From: Nocardiopsis ansamitocini
GTDB taxonomy: Bacteria; Actinomycetota; Actinomycetes; Streptosporangiales; Streptosporangiaceae
Assembly (NCBI RefSeq): GCF_030268225.1
Contig: NZ_BSQG01000011.1
Coordinates: forward strand, 19,751-83,750
Direction: 5' to 3'
Length of the DNA stretch: 64,000 nt
The notes under the pieces were generated by a model that saw nothing but the letters and a program-made list of their open reading frames with translations, did not search any database and was not told the origin of the DNA. The position numbers were made by a program, and so were the translations under genes. Below, in pieces: positions 56,207 through 64,000 of the stretch. The first letter of the stretch is position 1, and each line of letters begins with the position of its first letter.

Positions 56207-57823
56207 ATGAACTACTCCGACTCTTCCAAGACGACTCCTCCGAGCCATGCCAGGGACTCGGTCGACCCGATCGGTCCACGCGTCGACCACGCCCGTCTGG
56301 GAGCCGTAGCCCCCCGCATCCTCAACGAAGTGCTGTCGGGGGTCAGCGACGCGGTCGTTGTGTGCGACCGGCGCGGAGTGGTGCAGAGCCTGCACGGGAC
56401 CGCCCCGGAACTGCTGCCCTCGGTACACATCGGCGGCGACGTGCACCGCAGCCTGCTGGGACACCTCAGCGGCGGCCCGGACGTCTTCCACGGCGTGCTC
56501 GACGGCGTTTCCCTGACCGCACGGCAGCGCCCCCTCAACGGCGGACGCAGCGCCTGGTACCTGCGGGCCTCCGAGTCGCATCGGACCGGACCGCCGAGCG
56601 CGGAGTTCCTGAGCGAGTCCGCCCGTCGCCTCAACGCCTCCCTCCAGTACGAGCGCGTCGTGCAGCACTCCGTACAGATCCCGGTCCCCGAGATCGCCAC
56701 CACCTGCCTGCACTTCACCGTCGAACCCGGTTTCGGCGTCGGCTGGTCGCGCTGGAGCGCCTCGGACACCGCAAGCACCCCGGCCTCGGGACACCTCCGC
56801 GTGAGCGCAGCGGACCGGCTGGAGTGGCTGGCGGCGGTACTGAGCGGTGACGCACCCCTGACCGAGCCGTGGCCCAGCGACACCGCCGACCTGCTCCCCG
56901 AATCCTCCACCCCTCCCGGGGCGATGGTGGCACTGCCGGTGCACGGCAGCACCGGGGTGATCGGAGCAATGCTGTTCGTCCGCGCGTTCGGGCACGCCGG
57001 TTTCGACGACCACGACATCGGCCTGTTGCGCGAGTACTGCGACCGGGTCGGTGCCGCGGTGAGCGCCGCCCTGCTCTACCGTTACCAGTCGCGTACCGCC
57101 GAGACCCTGCGGGCGAGCCTGATCCCGCTCCCCCTGCCCCGGGCCCACGGTGTTTCCCTGGGGTCGGCGTACCGTTGCGCGCTCGGCGCGGAACTGATCG
57201 GCGGCGACTACTACGAGGTCTCCGCCTCGCCCGAAGGCATCGACTTCCTCCTCGGCGACGTGTGCGGCAAAGGCGTCGAGGCCGCCGCGCTGTCCGGCCT
57301 GGTCCGCCAGTCGCTGAACGCCCTCAAACTGGTGGAGCGGCGACCTCGCGCACTCGTGGAAATGCTCAACCAGGTCCTCGTGGACAACGCGAACGAACGG
57401 TTCACCACCCTGGCGCTCGGCCAGGCAACCCACAACGGCTCCGGCGGGCTCGATGTCGTCCTGGCCGGCGGCGGACATCTGCCGGCGCTGGTGCTGCACG
57501 CCGACGCCACCGTGGAGGAGATCGCGGTTCCCGGGATGATCGTCGGCGCGATCCCCGACGCCGTGTTCGCGACCACCTCCTTCACGCTCGCCCCCGGCGA
57601 CATGCTGCTGCTGTACAGCGACGGTGTGACCGAGGCCCGCAACGACCTGCCGGAGCGGGAGATGTTCGGCGAAGAACGTCTGCACGCGCTGTTGGCCGAC
57701 TGCGCCGGGATGCCCGCGGGCGCGGTGGCCGAGCGAATCGAACAGGTCGTCGGGGACTGGCTGCGCGACGGTGTGCACGACGACATAGCGATCCTGGCCA
57801 TCCAGGCGGACGGGACCCATTGA
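56207..57823 (+). CDS. PP2C-type phosphatase (SpoIIE/RsbU-like) with N-terminal PAS/GAF sensory domains
   Basis: GGDYYEV ... GDVCGKGVEAA ... YSDGVTEA ... DDIAILAIQ. Confidence 0.8.
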   Translation: MNYSDSSKTTPPSHARDSVDPIGPRVDHARLGAVAPRILNEVLSGVSDAVVVCDRRGVVQSLHGTAPELLPSVHIGGDVHRSLLGHLSGGPDVFHGVLDGVSLTARQRPLNGGRSAWYLRASESHRTGPPSAEFLSESARRLNASLQYERVVQHSVQIPVPEIATTCLHFTVEPGFGVGWSRWSASDTASTPASGHLRVSAADRLEWLAAVLSGDAPLTEPWPSDTADLLPESSTPPGAMVALPVHGSTGVIGAMLFVRAFGHAGFDDHDIGLLREYCDRVGAAVSAALLYRYQSRTAETLRASLIPLPLPRAHGVSLGSAYRCALGAELIGGDYYEVSASPEGIDFLLGDVCGKGVEAAALSGLVRQSLNALKLVERRPRALVEMLNQVLVDNANERFTTLALGQATHNGSGGLDVVLAGGGHLPALVLHADATVEEIAVPGMIVGAIPDAVFATTSFTLAPGDMLLLYSDGVTEARNDLPEREMFGEERLHALLADCAGMPAGAVAERIEQVVGDWLRDGVHDDIAILAIQADGTH

Positions 57824-58944
57824 GCTCCTCGGGAGCAGCGCTTCACCCATCGGACGGACTCGACGAGGCCGGCCGGCTCTCCGTGCGATACCTGGAACGC
57901 CTGGGCGAGGCCGACGAGGCCGGAGCCCTCGCACTGTTGCGCGACTCCCTGGCACAAGGGTGGCCGATCGAGTCGATCCTGTTGGACGTCATCGCTTCCG
58001 CACAATTGAGCGTGGGCTGGCTGTGGCAGACCAACGAATGGTCGGTGGCCCGTGAACACGCGGCCACTCACGTGAGCGAACGGGTACTCGACACACTCGT
58101 GGCCGAGGTGCTGCACCAGCGCGTGCCGCCACCCAGCCTCGGCCGGATCGTCGTGGCCTGCGTGGACGGCGAGTGGCACGCGCTCCCCGCCCGCTTGGTG
58201 GCCGATGTACTGCGCCTGCGCGGCTGGGAGGTGGCCTTTCTCGGTACGAGCGTTCCGGAGGGAAGGCTCATCACCTACCTCCAGGAACACAATCCGCAGG
58301 TCGTCGCGCTGAGCTGTTCGCTGTCCACCCGGCTGCCCAAAGCGCACCGGATGATCCAGGCATGCCGGCGGATGGGCCTGCCGGTACTGGTGGGCGGACG
58401 GGGCTTCGGTCCCGACGACACCTGGGCCCGCCTGCTGGACGCCGACGCCTGGGCGGGAAGCGCCCGCGAGGCCGCCCAGGTGCTGGAACGGGGCGTGCAT
58501 CCCCGCACCAACGTGCACACCTCCCCCACGGTGCTTCCTTCGCATTCGGAGTACGCCAGTCTGCTGCGCCGCCGCGGCGAGCTGATCGCCCAAACCGTCC
58601 AGCGGTTGACAGAGGACCACCCGGAGCTGGGGCTCCACCGGGTAGAGGCCCGGGACCGCACCGTCGAGGACCTGGGGCACCTCGTGGACTTCCTCGCCGT
58701 TTCGCTCTACGTCGCCAACACCGAGCTCTTCGTGCGGTTCCTGCACTGGATGCACGACGTACTGGAACCCCGGGGCATCCCGTTCACGACGGTGCTGGAG
58801 ACCCTGGGGCACTACGAAACGCTGCTGTACGACTACCCGTTGACCGTGGAAACCCTGCGCGCGGCCCGCTTGCGTATGACCGGGGTGACCCGACCGCGAC
58901 GGACCGGACGCGCCCCTGCCCCCGCCGCCCTCGACAACCATTGA
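57820..58944 (+). CDS. cobalamin (B12)-binding domain protein
   Basis: B12-binding Rossmann region VVACVDGEWHALPARLVADVLRLRGWEVAFLGTSVP ... VVALSCSLS. TTG start overlapping the phosphatase stop (TTGA). Confidence 0.65.
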   Translation: MSSSGAALHPSDGLDEAGRLSVRYLERLGEADEAGALALLRDSLAQGWPIESILLDVIASAQLSVGWLWQTNEWSVAREHAATHVSERVLDTLVAEVLHQRVPPPSLGRIVVACVDGEWHALPARLVADVLRLRGWEVAFLGTSVPEGRLITYLQEHNPQVVALSCSLSTRLPKAHRMIQACRRMGLPVLVGGRGFGPDDTWARLLDADAWAGSAREAAQVLERGVHPRTNVHTSPTVLPSHSEYASLLRRRGELIAQTVQRLTEDHPELGLHRVEARDRTVEDLGHLVDFLAVSLYVANTELFVRFLHWMHDVLEPRGIPFTTVLETLGHYETLLYDYPLTVETLRAARLRMTGVTRPRRTGRAPAPAALDNH

Positions 58945-58983
58945 CACGGCACCCGGGAAGGCCACCGCGCCCACGGCCCGGGA

Positions 58984-59709
58984 TCACCGCAGTTCCGCCG
59001 CGCGCACCAGAACCGCGGCCCGATTGCCCACCCGTATCCGTTCCAGGGCGGCGACGCCTTCGGGAAGGACGATCTTGCGCGTCCGGGCGGTGACGACGAC
59101 GACCGCGTGACCGGGCAGGACGGTGGCGAGCGCACGCAACAGCGCGGTGACGGGGTCGGCACCGGACGGCACCGCGGACCAATGGGTGAGGTCGCCGTAG
59201 GGCACGTCGGTGAGGACCAGGTCCACGGGCCCGCCGGGGGACGGCGGAGCGAAGGCATCCGCCTCGAACACCGTATGTGCGAGATCACCGCCGCGCTCCA
59301 CGAGGTCGCGGGCCAACCGCTCGGCACTCTCGGCGGTGGCCAGGTAACCGGGCTTGTCGAAGGCGGCCGCCCGCTCCCTTGCCTGGGTCGCACGCCGGGC
59401 CAGCCCTTCCTCCGACAGCAGCCCCAGGTTCTCCCCCGCGAGCGCCACAGCGTCGGAAGAGATGTCGGAAGCGAGCACTCGCCCCAAGCGGGCACGATGC
59501 AGTAGACCGGTGACCGTGGCGAGGTAGCCGCCCCCGCAGCAGGGGTCCCACAGCGTCAGCGGGCGCTCCGGCAAGCGGGCCATGGCCCGCTGGGCCAGCT
59601 CCGAGGCCAGCCTCACCGGGAAACCGGGGTAGCCGGGAGCCGAACGGAGAACCCGGCCACCGGCCAGGTCACCGTGGTCGGCGCGCTCGGTCGCATATCG
59701 ATAGCTCAA
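58984..59709 (-). CDS. SAM-dependent methyltransferase (N6-adenine/rRNA-MTase-like, DVPYG motif)
   Basis: LWDPCCGGGYL (motif I), LVLTDVPYG (DPPY-like motif IV). Confidence 0.65.
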   Translation of the reverse strand: MSYRYATERADHGDLAGGRVLRSAPGYPGFPVRLASELAQRAMARLPERPLTLWDPCCGGGYLATVTGLLHRARLGRVLASDISSDAVALAGENLGLLSEEGLARRATQARERAAAFDKPGYLATAESAERLARDLVERGGDLAHTVFEADAFAPPSPGGPVDLVLTDVPYGDLTHWSAVPSGADPVTALLRALATVLPGHAVVVVTARTRKIVLPEGVAALERIRVGNRAAVLVRAAELR

Positions 59710-59842
59710 TTTCCCCTACTCCACCGGTCGTCTGGACACGATGCTGCCCGCTGGCCCGGCCCGGAGCAACCTCGATGCAACCGTTCTGCTGGTCAGGGCG
59801 TCGGAGACAGGTGGAAGCCGGCTACGAGAAAGAACAGGCGAA

Positions 59843-60016
59843 ATGGCGAAGAACCAGGCGCTCGGCGTCGGAATGCTCCTGGGGGTGGCCATCGGGATCG
59901 CCCTGGGAACCGCCCTGGACAGCATCGGCATCGGGATCGCTCTCGGAGCAGGGATCGGTATCGCGCTCGGCGCCGCGATGACCGGGAAGCAGGGCGACGA
60001 CGACCCCGCCGAATGA
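59843..60016 (+). CDS. small glycine-zipper membrane protein (58 aa)
   Basis: MAKNQALGVGMLLGVAIGIALGTALDSIGIGIALGAGIGIALGAAMTGK. Confidence 0.4.
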   Translation: MAKNQALGVGMLLGVAIGIALGTALDSIGIGIALGAGIGIALGAAMTGKQGDDDPAE

Positions 60017-60417
60017 CCGGACCGGCTCGCAGCGCGGCCCCGGTGGGGCCTCCACCCGGAAATGACGACGGCCTCGGAGGGGCCACCGGCCTGTCTGGGA
60101 GTCGCAGGGGACCGTGACGCCGCACCGAGCACGGTGCACCGGAGGACGAGGCAGCCCGACCATCCGGGTATCCGTCCGATGCCCCTCTGCCTCTCGAACT
60201 GACCTCCGAGCTCCTGTTGCCGGGCACGCCACCGCCTGCTCCCCCTCACGAAGGCTCTCTCCTCCCGACCGGTGCCCGCGAATTCGGCTCCGGCCTCCAC
60301 CGCCTCCAACCGTCCGGTTGTGGCCAGGACAGCATGGCGGACGGGACGGGCGCCTGCTCTCAGGTGCCTGTCGCCAGGGACGTGGTTGGATTGTCGAAAA
60401 ACCCGGAAAGGGTGCAG

Positions 60418-60915
60418 ATGGTCAGCATTGAACAGGACGACGTGCAGAGTCCGCAGTTCGACGTGGTGCTGCGCGGCTACGACCGCAACCAGGTCACCAC
60501 CGCCGTCGCCGCGGTTCTGGACTCCCGGAGCAACGAACCCGCCGAATCCTCCGAGTGGGCGCACTATCTCCACGGCCGGATCGAGTTCGACGTAGTGTTG
60601 CGCGGTTTCGACCGCGGCCAGGTCGAAGCGTGGTTCGCCGCCAACACCGGCGCACACGCGACCGAGGAAGAACCAGCCGCGCCGCGCCCGAAACGGGAGC
60701 CCCCGGGCTTCGACGTGGTCCTGCGCGGCTACGACCGCAACCAGGTCGACGAGTTCGTCCAGCGCGCCCAGGACACCGTCGACGCGGCCTCCGACGTCCC
60801 CCCGCTCGGCCGTGCCGAGGCCGCGGACACGACATTCGACGTGGTGCTGCGCGGCTACGACCGTAGCCAGGTCACGACGTGGATCGGCCAGATCTCCGAG
60901 CAGCTGCCCGACTAG
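60418..60915 (+). CDS. protein with four tandem DivIVA-domain repeats
   Basis: FDVVLRGYDRNQV repeated four times (variants RGFDRGQV, RGYDRSQV), each followed by an acidic linker. Confidence 0.65.
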   Translation: MVSIEQDDVQSPQFDVVLRGYDRNQVTTAVAAVLDSRSNEPAESSEWAHYLHGRIEFDVVLRGFDRGQVEAWFAANTGAHATEEEPAAPRPKREPPGFDVVLRGYDRNQVDEFVQRAQDTVDAASDVPPLGRAEAADTTFDVVLRGYDRSQVTTWIGQISEQLPD

Positions 60916-61268
60916 CCCACGGACGCGAGCAGCACCCCCCACAGCCGCACGCGCAAACACCCCGCACCACTGGTGGACACCGACCGCCAACGGTCCCGCC
61001 GCACCACTGCCGCCCCACGCCCGTCCGGCACCGGTACATGCCCCTACCGGCACCGTCGGCGTCCCGGTGGACACGACCACCGCTGCCCGCGCCGACTCGG
61101 CCGGGTTTCCCGGAGGTCGACAGCACTCGGATTCCACGCCCGAAACGGGGTAGGGGACGAGCCGTTGAAACACGACACGACGAGAACCGCGCGGTCGGGC
61201 CCCGGGAGCAGCCTGCGGTGCAGCCGGGACCACGACAGTGGACACCCCCGAAGAAACGAGGAACCGCG

Positions 61269-61736
61269 ATGCCCAGTTCCACGCGCCCCGACCCCGGATA
61301 CCACCTCGCCCATACCGTGTCCTCCGGACCGGGGCCGACCGTCGCCCTACCGCAGCCAGAGATCTGGCCCATCCCCATCACCCGTGAGCCCGGACGGACG
61401 GCACGGGCGGAGGCCACGTGCGGAACCTGCGGGATGACCCTGGAGTACCGACTGTTCAGCACAAGCCGCACCCGGGCCCTTCGCGCGATGTGGGCGGTAC
61501 TCCTCATCGTGACCGCCCTGTGCTGCGCGGTCACCGCTTACCTCGCCCTGGCCCCGGGACCGGACGGCCGACCGAGCGGCGCCCTACTCTTCCTGGGACT
61601 GCTGGCAGCTCCCGGGATCGCCTTCCTCAGCGGTCGCCAGTTCTTCCGGGAGACCGGGCTCAGAGGGCCGGGACGGTGGATCGGGCACAAGGGTCACGCC
61701 CTCCACACCGGGACGATCGCAAAGAACGACACGTGA
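61269..61736 (+). CDS. hypothetical membrane protein with CxxC pair
   Basis: ATCGTCGMTLEY, then two predicted TM helices. Weak evidence. Confidence 0.3.
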   Translation: MPSSTRPDPGYHLAHTVSSGPGPTVALPQPEIWPIPITREPGRTARAEATCGTCGMTLEYRLFSTSRTRALRAMWAVLLIVTALCCAVTAYLALAPGPDGRPSGALLFLGLLAAPGIAFLSGRQFFRETGLRGPGRWIGHKGHALHTGTIAKNDT

Positions 61737-62098
61737 CCGTGGGGCGGCGGTTTCGTCCGAACAGTTCGCCGCCCCACCTGTTACAGACCCAACAAACACG
61801 ATCTGTTCTGCGGAAACCTCCTCATCAGGCGACGATGAGCGTAGTGTCGGAGTAGACAGGAGACGTCGGCGATCCCCGGCTGGGACCCGCCGCACCGATC
61901 CGCTTTGAAGGGGGCGTCATGCTCCACGGTCGCAGGACTTCCCACCGTGGTCCCGCACCCGCGGACGCCCCCACGCACAACCGGCCACCAGGCCCCCGAC
62001 CAGAACCTCCGGGCCACTGGTCTCTCTTCCCCCGTTGGTCGACGACCACAGCGAAGCTGTCCCTGCACGGACAATTTCCAGACGACGGGAGGAACACT

Positions 62099-62662
62099 GT
62101 GAACAGCACAGTCGCAGAACACACGTCAACGGGCTCCGGGCCGGCACCGTCGGCCCCCAGGCTGTGGCTGGAGCCGGCGACATCGCACCGGCCCCTGTTG
62201 GACGGAAGCTGGTGGCCCCGCTCCCGCCGACTGGACACCGAACTCCCCGGCCTTGTGCGCGCCCTGGACGACCGGCTCGATTCGACCACCCACATCCTCG
62301 TGGGCCCCGACGACTGGGACGATCACCCCAAGGTTGTGGAGGTCGCCGGCCACACCGTCCGCGTCTTCTGGTTCACCGGTTTTCCGCACGACCTGTTGAT
62401 CGCGACCTCCCTCTCCGGTGACCGACTCGACCTGATGGTCGTTCCTGCCACCACCGAGCCGGCAACCGCACACGCGGCCGCGGCCATGGCAGGCATGAAC
62501 GGCAACACCGTCCACGCACCGGACATCCTGGCCAACGTCAACCGCCTCCGGGACGCCGCGACCGCAGAAGAGACGGCATGGGAATCCGAAGGCGGACACC
62601 TGGGGAGCAACGGCTCCACCGGAGGTTCGTCGGCCCTACCGCGTCCTCGGGAAGCGCTGTGA
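62099..62662 (+). CDS. DUF5994-family protein
   Basis: LWLEPATSHRPLLDGSWWPRSRRLDTELPGLVRALDDRL matches the DUF5994 signature (LDGAWWPRSRDL). GTG with GGGAGG RBS. Confidence 0.6.
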   Translation: MNSTVAEHTSTGSGPAPSAPRLWLEPATSHRPLLDGSWWPRSRRLDTELPGLVRALDDRLDSTTHILVGPDDWDDHPKVVEVAGHTVRVFWFTGFPHDLLIATSLSGDRLDLMVVPATTEPATAHAAAAMAGMNGNTVHAPDILANVNRLRDAATAEETAWESEGGHLGSNGSTGGSSALPRPREAL

Positions 62663-63111
62663 AGGTCCTCGAATCCACGAAGGGCACCGGGTACTTCTGC
62701 ACGGCGCGGCTGTCGGTCACGCGCCGCCCCGGTCGCACCGTCGCCAGGATCGAAGGAGAGATCGACAACGGCACCGCCCCGGCGCTGCGCAGACGTCTGG
62801 CGAACCTCCTGCGCCCCGACACCGGACTGCTGGTCCTGGATCTGTCCGGCGTGCTGTTCTGCGACGCATCCGGCCTCTCGGTCCTGGTCACCACGCAGAA
62901 CCGCGCCTCCGAACTGGGCGTGCGGCTGCGCCTGGCCGAACCCCCCGCCCAAACGGCCCTGGTCCTGCGCATCACCAATCTGGACCTCAGCCTCTCCGTC
63001 TACCCCACGGTCCGGGCCGCGCTGGCCGACGAGGGAAAGCACCAGCGGGCGGCCCCGGCATATCCGCCGTTCTCGCCGCCCCCGGCCACAAGCACTTCGC
63101 CCTCCCGGTGA
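62659..63111 (+). CDS. STAS-domain anti-sigma factor antagonist (SpoIIAA-like)
   Basis: LLVLDLSGVLFCDASGLSVLV. GTGA overlap with the DUF5994 gene. Confidence 0.75.
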   Translation: MKVLESTKGTGYFCTARLSVTRRPGRTVARIEGEIDNGTAPALRRRLANLLRPDTGLLVLDLSGVLFCDASGLSVLVTTQNRASELGVRLRLAEPPAQTALVLRITNLDLSLSVYPTVRAALADEGKHQRAAPAYPPFSPPPATSTSPSR

Positions 63112-63237
63112 ACGGCGGCTTTTCTCCCGAACCGTCACCGCTGCTCAGCGGGCGTGACCACTCGTCGTCGGCAGTGGGCGCGAGACGCGGCCCCGGCGCA
63201 TTGGGCGACCGTTGCCCCGGGCCCGGTACAGCGCCGC

Positions 63238-63489
63238 TCATGTGTCCGGGAGCGTTGCCTCTTCCCTGAGCGCCCGGGCTTCGCGGCGGTGCCGCTCGGC
63301 TTCGGCTCGGACCTGCTCCTGAACGGCCGGGGGTCCGTAGCGGGCAAGTCGAGTACAGATGTCGACCACCTGGTCGAGGGACCGCGCGCGTTCCTCTGCG
63401 GATGCGGTCTCAACCGGTCGGGTTCTTCGCCACTGACGCAGCTCCAGGAGAGCGGCTTTGGCTTCGGGGGAGAGAGCAGGTGAAGTCAC
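63238..63489 (-). CDS. hypothetical small protein (83 aa)
   Basis: ORF with moderate GC3 only; no family recognised. Confidence 0.3.
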   Translation of the reverse strand: MTSPALSPEAKAALLELRQWRRTRPVETASAEERARSLDQVVDICTRLARYGPPAVQEQVRAEAERHRREARALREEATLPDT

Positions 63490-63669
63490 ATCATCTTTTT
63501 CTGTCGGCGTGATGTGGGGGGAGACTTTACCGATCCGCCCTGAAGGGTGCCAGTGATGCCGTATCCGCCGTCAAGAGACTGGGGCCGGCCCCGCCGCGGC
63601 ACGTGGCCCTGGAGCGGAGCTGCTTCTGCCGGAAACCGGGTACACCCCGGGTTGACCACGCCCTCATCA

Positions 63670-63704
63670 AAAAAGCCCGAGACCGCAATGGTCTCGGGCT
63701 TTTC
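63670..63704. terminator. bidirectional rho-independent terminator (AAAAA-GCCCGAGACC-gcaatg-GGTCTCGGGC-TTTT)
   Basis: Read directly. Lies 3-prime of the minus-strand tRNA pair. Confidence 0.6.
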
Positions 63705-63719
63705 GCATGTTCTTCTGTG

Positions 63720-63793
63720 TGGCCAGGGCCGGGGTCGAACCGGCGACCTTCCGCTTTTCAGGCGGACGCTCGTACCGACTGAGCTACCTGGCC
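63720..63793 (-). tRNA. tRNA-Phe (GAA)
   Basis: Reverse complement GGCCAGGTAGCTCAGTCGGTACGAGCGTCCGCCTGAAAAGCGGAAGGTCGCCGGTTCGACCCCGGCCCTGGCCA: 7-bp acceptor stem, anticodon loop CT-GAA-AA, T-loop GGTTCGA. Confidence 0.85.
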
Positions 63794-63819
63794 TCAGGTA
63801 CACCACACGGTGTATCAAG

Positions 63820-63894
63820 CGGTCCTGACGGGATTTGAACCCGCGGCCTCCACCTTGACAGGGTGGCGAGCACTCCAAGCTGCTCCACAGGACC
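63820..63894 (-). tRNA. tRNA-Asp (GTC)
   Basis: Reverse complement GGTCCTGTGGAGCAGCTTGGAGTGCTCGCCACCCTGTCAAGGTGGAGGCCGCGGGTTCAAATCCCGTCAGGACCG: anticodon loop CT-GTC-AA, T-loop GGTTCAA. Confidence 0.85.
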
Positions 63895-64000
63895 TTGCTA
63901 TTCTTTTTTTCCGCTTTGTTCGCGTTAACCCGATTCTATCAGGTGTTTCGCGTCCTTCGCTCTGTTCTCTATTCTGCCAGACCCTCAGCAGTACTTCGAA

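Noticed and set aside
60217-60417. N-terminal extension of the DivIVA-repeat protein
   Set aside because: The extension is Pro/Ala-rich with no motif. The ATG at 60418 starts directly at the first DivIVA repeat.
1-64000. CRISPR arrays, insertion sequences, integrases, prophage genes
   Set aside because: No spaced direct repeats of CRISPR type and no transposase or integrase catalytic motifs in any frame. The only repeats found are short operator-like motifs and the DNA repeats inside the DivIVA gene.

Overview
High-GC actinomycete-type chromosomal window, about 72% GC. The densely packed genes, frequent GTG/TTG starts and GTGA/ATGA start-stop overlaps are typical of that group. Long ORFs on the opposite strand of real genes are GC-driven shadow frames, not genes.

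The first ~17 kb is a biosynthetic gene cluster. It is centred on a class III lanthipeptide synthetase (LanKC type: lyase + kinase + a LanC-like cyclase domain without zinc ligands). Two small precursor genes that the ORF track missed (33 aa at 14388-14489, minus strand; 39 aa at 16815-16934, plus strand) share an ILELQ-like leader. Each carries a single Ser-x-x-Ser-x-x-x-Cys labionin-type core motif and is followed by a GC hairpin.

Interleaved with these are:
- dTDP-deoxysugar genes: rmlA, rmlB, and an E1-type [2Fe-2S] PMP-dependent 3-dehydrase with an exact C-X57-C-X1-C-X7-C motif
- two convergent paralogous GT1 glycosyltransferases
- an MIO-dependent aromatic amino acid ammonia-lyase/aminomutase
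- a short adenylate-forming enzyme preceded by a strongly ribosome-bound 26-aa uORF
- a SAM methyltransferase, a GNAT acetyltransferase, a permease-less ABC ATPase, and a DUF4429/SHOCT protein

Together this looks like a glycosylated and/or acylated class III lanthipeptide locus that I do not recognise as a described system.

Downstream are ordinary housekeeping and accessory genes:
- TetR plus an alpha/beta hydrolase
- a DDAH-like amidinotransferase and catalase HPII
- a PLD-family protein and small secreted Gly/Pro-rich proteins
- lutABC and a RidA-family protein
- an NfeD-like protein, a flotillin, and a 1659-aa P-loop ATPase in one operon
- two tandem P450s
- a sugar ABC importer, a zinc-dependent alcohol dehydrogenase, a SorC regulator and xylulokinase
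- an ATP-grasp protein and a Ser/Thr kinase
- a zinc-ribbon protein plus a P-loop protein
- a copper P-type ATPase with a CsoR-type operator
- a NaChBac-like channel
- a PP2C/GAF phosphatase with a B12-binding partner
- a protein with four DivIVA repeats
- a DUF5994 protein with a STAS antagonist
- tRNA-Asp and tRNA-Phe at the right edge

No CRISPR array, transposase or integrase was seen. All coordinates were derived by hand from the printed sequence and may be off by 1-3 nt.
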